Of a stretch of DNA of 64,000 bases, positions 60,074 through 64,000 are shown piece by piece. The position numbers and the translations under genes are program-made. The stretch comes from Capsulimonadaceae bacterium (GTDB lineage: Bacteria; Armatimonadota; Armatimonadia; Armatimonadales; Capsulimonadaceae): assembly GCA_965215505.1 (NCBI GenBank), contig OZ244065.1:4288001-4352000 (forward strand), given 5' to 3'. The notes beneath the pieces are model-generated. The model did no database searches, had not been told where the DNA came from, and was given only the letters and a program-made list of their open reading frames with translations. The first letter of the stretch is position 1. The number at the start of each line of letters is the position of its first letter.

Positions 60074-61261
60074 GTGTTCCGATTTCTTACCGCCGGCGAG
60101 TCCCACGGCCCCGCCCTCACCGCCGTCATCGAGGGCGTCCCCGCCGGGCTGCCGGTCCTCGCCGGGCCGATCAACGCCCAGCTCAAGCGCCGCCAGGGCG
60201 GCTACGGGCGCGGCGCGCGCCAGAAGATCGAGTCGGACACAGTCGAGATCCTGTCCGGCGTCCGCTTCGGGCTGGCCCTCGGCAGTCCCCTCACCCTCGT
60301 CGTCCGCAACCGAGACTGGGCCAACTGGACCGTAAAGATGTCCGCCGAACCCCTCCCCGAAGGCCAGGCCCCGCCCCCCATCACCGTCCCGCGCCCCGGC
60401 CACGCCGACTACACCGGCATGATGAAGTATGGCCATGACGACCTGCGGAACACCCTGGAGCGCTCCTCCGCCCGCAACACCGCCACCCTCGTCGCCGTCG
60501 GCGCGGTCGCCCGCGCCCTGCTGGCCGAGTTCGGCGTCTCGGTCGCCTCCCATGTCGTCAACATCGGCGGCGTCCGGGTCAACGCCGACCACATTGATCT
60601 GCGCCAGGTCGCCGCGCTGGCAGAAGACAGCCCCGTCCGTGTCGCCGACCCCGAGGCCGAGGCGCGCATCATCGCCGCCATTGATGAGGCCAAGTACCGG
60701 GGCGACACCCTGGGCGGCACCTTCGAGGTCGTCACGCTGGGCCTCCCCGTCGGGCTAGGCTCCTACTCGCAGTGGGACACGCGCATCGACGGCAAGCTGG
60801 CCCAGGCGCTCATGGCGATCCAGGCCATCAAGGGCGTCGAGATCGGCATCGGCTTCGGGGCCGCCGACGTCCCTGGCTCCCAGGTCCATGATCCCTTCTT
60901 CTATGACGACGCTGAGGGCGGCTCGGACGCCCGCTTCCGGCGCGGCTCCAACAACGCCGGCGGGACGGAGGGCGGTATCACCAACGGCGAACCACTCGTC
61001 ATCCGGGCCGTGATGAAGCCCATCGCCACCCTGATGAAGCAGCTCCCCTCGGTCAACCTCGAAACCAAAGAGGGCGTCCCCGCCTTCGCCGAGCGGTCCG
61101 ACGTCTGCGCCGTCCCCGCCGCCGCGGTCGTCGGCGAGGCGATGGTCGCCCTCGTGCTTGCCCAGGAGATGTGCCTCAAATTCGGCGGCGACAGCCTCGC
61201 CGAGATGCGCGCCAACTACGACGCCTACCAGCACACCGTTTCAGGGCGCATGAGCAAGTAG
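60074..61261 (+). CDS. aroC: Chorismate synthase
   Basis: TAGESHG, RPGHAD, ERSSAR, NNAGG.EGGITNG, ERSD; GTG start after GGAG. Confidence 0.96.
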   Translation: MFRFLTAGESHGPALTAVIEGVPAGLPVLAGPINAQLKRRQGGYGRGARQKIESDTVEILSGVRFGLALGSPLTLVVRNRDWANWTVKMSAEPLPEGQAPPPITVPRPGHADYTGMMKYGHDDLRNTLERSSARNTATLVAVGAVARALLAEFGVSVASHVVNIGGVRVNADHIDLRQVAALAEDSPVRVADPEAEARIIAAIDEAKYRGDTLGGTFEVVTLGLPVGLGSYSQWDTRIDGKLAQALMAIQAIKGVEIGIGFGAADVPGSQVHDPFFYDDAEGGSDARFRRGSNNAGGTEGGITNGEPLVIRAVMKPIATLMKQLPSVNLETKEGVPAFAERSDVCAVPAAAVVGEAMVALVLAQEMCLKFGGDSLAEMRANYDAYQHTVSGRMSK

Positions 61262-61291
61262 GGGAAACGAAGAGCTGAGAGGAGAACCGAC

Positions 61292-61570
61292 ATGACTGTG
61301 ACGCTGGAACTTTCCCCCGAAACCGAGGCAGACCTGCGCGAGCGTGCGGGAAAGTGCGGCCAGTCCGTTGCCGACTATCTGTTGACCTTGACCGTATTAA
61401 GTCTCTATCGTGACTTATCTTTATCTGAGAGGGAGAGGGACATCGTCAGAGAACGAATAGCAGACCGGCTCGCAGGCGATAAGGGGATGCTGCTAGCGGA
61501 CTACCAATCTGAGGTCGTGGCAAAGCGTGAGGCGCGTAAGCGGCAGCAAGAAGCCGAAACCGCCGCATGA
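61292..61570 (+). CDS. Orphan antitoxin-like small protein
   Basis: MTVTLELSPETEADL..RA...GQSVADYL; GAGGAG SD; lower GC. Confidence 0.55.
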   Translation: MTVTLELSPETEADLRERAGKCGQSVADYLLTLTVLSLYRDLSLSERERDIVRERIADRLAGDKGMLLADYQSEVVAKREARKRQQEAETAA

Positions 61571-61592
61571 GCGGAGGCATACATCCTTGACT

Positions 61593-62258
61593 ATGCCTGA
61601 CTTCTCGGGCGCGTTCTGGTTCTACGCGCAAGAGGCTCTGCAAACATGGGGCGGTCGTAGCGTCTCCGTTGAAGTCCGCGAGGTGGGCACACTCACTCTG
61701 ACCTCGGGCAAGATCGTTGCCTGTGATGGCCTGATTCCGAGCGACGAGCCGTTCACGCAAACAGTCACCCCTGGCTCCTACCCTGTCGTCTTGTGCCTGG
61801 TCAGCGGCGACAAAGGGTGGCCCATCATTGCCTGTGCCATGCTGCGCTTCAAAGACGAGATGCCGCGCACCTGGAAACTTGCGACGGTCGCCGGTCAGAG
61901 CGAGGTTCCTGACCGGAAGGGTGAGATTGTCGGCTATGGAGTAGACACCGGGGACGGATGCTTCGCTGACCTTGACGCGATGCGGGAGTTGATAAGTCTC
62001 CAGGAGCCATATGAGCGGTTCAGAGACGCGGTGACTAAGTCTCGCTCAGACTGGTTTGACTATAACCTGGACGTTGAACCGCCCACCAACATCATCACCT
62101 TTTCGTCCGGCGAGGGGGACGGGACTTATCCTTCTTATTTCGGCTACGACGCAGATGGCGATGCCCTTTGCCTTGCGACTGACTTTGGCATCATTGCGCC
62201 CCTGCCGGAGACACACACAGAAGCGCCGAGCAAGTATCAACTGAGGCTCGACCTTTGA
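61593..62258 (+). CDS. DUF4241-family protein
   Basis: LTSGKIVACD, PGSYPV, YGVDTG, SGEGDGTYPSYFG. Confidence 0.75.
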   Translation: MPDFSGAFWFYAQEALQTWGGRSVSVEVREVGTLTLTSGKIVACDGLIPSDEPFTQTVTPGSYPVVLCLVSGDKGWPIIACAMLRFKDEMPRTWKLATVAGQSEVPDRKGEIVGYGVDTGDGCFADLDAMRELISLQEPYERFRDAVTKSRSDWFDYNLDVEPPTNIITFSSGEGDGTYPSYFGYDADGDALCLATDFGIIAPLPETHTEAPSKYQLRLDL

Positions 62259-62836
62259 CGGTAATACGGAACATAGTCCTCATCGGCTTCATGGGAACGG
62301 GCAAAAGCGCTGTGGGCCGCGTCCTCGCCCGGCGGACGGGCTGGCATCACCTGGACACCGACGCCGAGATCGAAAGGGCGGCGGGCCGGACCATCCCGGA
62401 GATATTCACCGAAGAAGGCGAACCCGCCTTTCGCGCCCGCGAGGCCCTTCTCCTCTCCTCTCTGGCTCCCCCAGAATTAGGTTTTAGTGGGGTGGGGGCG
62501 GGGGGGGCCTCTCTCATCCTCTCCACCGGCGGCGGGACGCCCCTGCGCCCCGAGAACGCCGCCTTGCTGAAACGGATCGGCACCGTCGTCTGGCTCCAGG
62601 TCGCGCCCCCGGCCATCCTCGCCCGCGTCCAGCGCAGCCTGCACGAGCGGCCCCTGCTGGCCGGGCATCGGGACAATCCCTTGGGGCGCATCGAGGCCCT
62701 CCTTGCCGACCGCGCGCCGCGTTATGCCGCCCTGGCCGACTACACCCTGGACACCTCGGACTGCGCGAACTCGGAAGAAGCCGCCGACCGGCTGGGACGC
62801 CTGCTCGCACCCGATTTTGACACATCTCCCTCATGA
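62255..62836 (+). CDS. aroK: Shikimate kinase
   Basis: GFMGTGKS, DTD, GEPAFR, STGGG, RPLL. Confidence 0.93.
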   Translation: MTVIRNIVLIGFMGTGKSAVGRVLARRTGWHHLDTDAEIERAAGRTIPEIFTEEGEPAFRAREALLLSSLAPPELGFSGVGAGGASLILSTGGGTPLRPENAALLKRIGTVVWLQVAPPAILARVQRSLHERPLLAGHRDNPLGRIEALLADRAPRYAALADYTLDTSDCANSEEAADRLGRLLAPDFDTSPS

Positions 62837-63963
62837 CAAATACCACACAGACCGTCCGCGTCAGCCTCAGCGACCGCTCCTATGACATCCTGGTCGGGCG
62901 CGGCCTGCTTGCCCGTCTAGGAGAGGAAACCGCCGCCCGCGTGGCGGGCGGCAAGGCGGCGGGCCGGTCGGCCTTCATCCTCAGCAGCGCGGCCATCGCT
63001 AACCGCTACGGCGCGTCCGCCCGCGAAAGCCTGGAAGCGGCGGGGTTCCGGGTCCACACCGCCCTCATCCCCGCCGGGGAGCGGGCCAAGACATTGGCCT
63101 CGGTCAGTCGCCTGTACGCCGCCCTGTATGACCAGGCCGCCGACCGGCGCACCGTCGTCGTCGCATTGGGCGGGGGCGTCATCGGCGACATGGCGGGCTT
63201 CGTCGCCGCCACCTACACGCGCGGTCTGGACTTCGTGCAGGTGCCGACCACCCTGCTCGCCCAGGTGGACAGCAGCGTCGGCGGCAAGACCGGCGTGAAC
63301 TTCGGGTCGGCCCAGAACTCGGCCAAGAACCTGATCGGCGCGTTCCACCAGCCCCGCCTCGTCATTATTGACCCGGACACGCTGGGCACCCTTCCTCTCC
63401 GGGAACGGCGCTCCGGCCTCGCCGAAGTCATCAAATATGGTATAATAGGCGACAAAGATTTCTTTACGCTCCTGGAGCGCGAGTCGGCGGGCCTGCTCGA
63501 CCTCTCTTCGCCCCACCTGGAACACGTCCTGGCCCACTCCTGCGCGCTCAAAGCCCGCGTCGTGGAGCAGGACGAACACGAGGGCGGCCTGCGCGCCATC
63601 CTGAACTTCGGCCACACCGTCGGCCACGCCCTGGAGTCGCTGACGCGCTACCGGGTCTACACGCACGGCGAGGCCATCGCATTAGGCATGGTCTCAGCTT
63701 CGCTGATCGGCGAGGAAGTCGGCGTGACCAAGCCGGACGATACCGCTGCCCTGACCGCCCTCCTGCGCGCCTCGGGCTTCGCCGTCCGCCTGGACCCGGC
63801 GCATTCGGTGGACGAGATCACGCGGCTCCTGGCCTGGGACAAGAAGAGCGTCGGCGGGTCGGCCCGCTTCGTGCTGATGGAGGAGATCGGGCGGGCGACG
63901 CTCGGCCACCGGGTCCCCGAATCCGCCATCCGCCGGGCACTGGAGCGGCAGCGAAGTTTGTAG
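62833..63963 (+). CDS. aroB: 3-dehydroquinate synthase
   Basis: GGGVIGD, PTTLLAQVDSSVGGKT, LNFGHT.GHALE, HGEA, DKK. Confidence 0.96.
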   Translation: MTNTTQTVRVSLSDRSYDILVGRGLLARLGEETAARVAGGKAAGRSAFILSSAAIANRYGASARESLEAAGFRVHTALIPAGERAKTLASVSRLYAALYDQAADRRTVVVALGGGVIGDMAGFVAATYTRGLDFVQVPTTLLAQVDSSVGGKTGVNFGSAQNSAKNLIGAFHQPRLVIIDPDTLGTLPLRERRSGLAEVIKYGIIGDKDFFTLLERESAGLLDLSSPHLEHVLAHSCALKARVVEQDEHEGGLRAILNFGHTVGHALESLTRYRVYTHGEAIALGMVSASLIGEEVGVTKPDDTAALTALLRASGFAVRLDPAHSVDEITRLLAWDKKSVGGSARFVLMEEIGRATLGHRVPESAIRRALERQRSL

Positions 63964-64000
63964 GGGTGACGTGGCGGGGAAAAGGACGCACCCGGACGAG

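Overview
GC-rich bacterial chromosomal window with no rRNA, tRNA, CRISPR array, prophage or transposase visible. The gene set includes an lptC-lptA-lptB-lptF/G-DUF3084-yqgF-SLH porin cluster, pilMNOP-secretin-aroC-aroK-aroB synteny, an RRM protein and RpoN. Together these suggest a diderm Terrabacterium, most plausibly Armatimonadota (inference). In order, the window holds: a DHH phosphoesterase; a coupled DNA-repair cassette (Nth-like, Fpg/Nei, ATP-dependent ligase, RecJ-like DHH); housekeeping/catabolic genes; rpoN; a UDP-glucuronate decarboxylase-like gene split by a 478-aa LAGLIDADG intein; the outer-membrane cluster interrupted by a PIN toxin-antitoxin pair; a 1480-aa S55 peptidase/beta-propeller fusion; hisI; rpsR; a redox-stress island; ahcY; and a type IV pilus assembly operon followed by shikimate genes. 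The most striking feature is the pilus operon. Almost every component carries long Gly-rich low-complexity tracts with aromatic stickers (GYPG, QFG, NGGY), and two extra genes encode barrel-less copies of the secretin N-terminal module. Other patterns are several REP/BIME-like palindromic repeat families and a recurring leaderless-promoter architecture. All calls come from motif reading only; no database searches were run.
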